Source: a virus
Taxonomy: Duplodnaviria; Caudoviricetes
IMG/VR virus record: IMGVR_UViG_2507262055_000001
Reading direction: 5' to 3' (one strand)
Length of the DNA stretch: 64,000 bases
Shown: in pieces, positions 63,874-64,000 of the stretch
Position numbering within the stretch: the first letter of the stretch is position 1
Layout: the number at the start of each line of letters is the position of its first letter
Position numbers and translations under genes: made by a program
Notes under the pieces: generated by a model
Databases searched by the model: none
What the model saw: only the letters and a program-made list of their open reading frames with translations
What the model was told of the DNA's origin: nothing

Positions 63874-64000
63874 TGGAAACCTGGCTCAACCTGTTCCGCC
63901 GGACCCGGCGGGAATATTTCGCGGACTTCTTCATCACGCCGCCGCTCACGCTCGGCCTGGTGCTGATCTCGCTGGCGCAGGCTGATTGGTGGTGGCCGGT
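63873..64000 (+). CDS. Partial membrane protein coupled to the endolysin (fatty-acid hydroxylase-like N-terminus or holin)
   Basis: TGATG overlap; METWLNLFRRTRREYFADFFITPPLTLGLVLISL; truncated by the window. Confidence 0.4.
   Translation, partial: METWLNLFRRTRREYFADFFITPPLTLGLVLISLAQADWWWP

Larger units (their letters stand above)
1..64000. mobile_element. Temperate siphovirus-like prophage (HK97-type head, lambda-like tail), truncated by the window at both ends
   Basis: Continuous, canonically ordered integrase, switch, replication, packaging, head, tail and endolysin modules with many ATGA/TGATG gene overlaps; no host housekeeping genes seen. Confidence 0.97.

Overview
The whole window is one temperate, HK97/lambda-like siphoviral prophage of high GC, with gene content pointing to an alphaproteobacterial (rhizobial/Bradyrhizobium-like) host. 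It runs from the integrase stop codon (pos. 1) to just past the endolysin, so the att sites and the rest of the lysis cassette lie outside the window. Gene order: int/xis and leftward early genes (1-5.6 kb); a genetic switch with five palindromic operators (5.6-6.8 kb); a ~700-bp structured non-coding region holding an initiator-like tRNA-Met (7.6-8.3 kb); accessory and DNA-metabolism genes (HD hydrolase, J-domain, DUF5131, two ParB-like, MT-A70, TSCPD, ASCH); primase and P4/D5-type helicase followed by an iteron-rich origin; a NusG-family antiterminator; HNH/cos/terminase; portal, collagen-like protein, Clp protease and capsid; tail genes with a -1 frameshift chaperone; tape measure, tail tip and fibres; amidase endolysin. 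The most unusual part lies between the capsid and the head-tail connector. It carries an acetyltransferase and two glycosyltransferase-like genes coupled to a run of fibre/lectin/glycoside-hydrolase-like proteins. These proteins, and both distal tail fibres, start with Sec-type signal peptides and most have paired cysteines. An AT-richer antisense cassette follows, with two PEP-CTERM surface proteins and a HEPN/MtlR-like gene. All family assignments come from motif recognition by eye; no database search was run.
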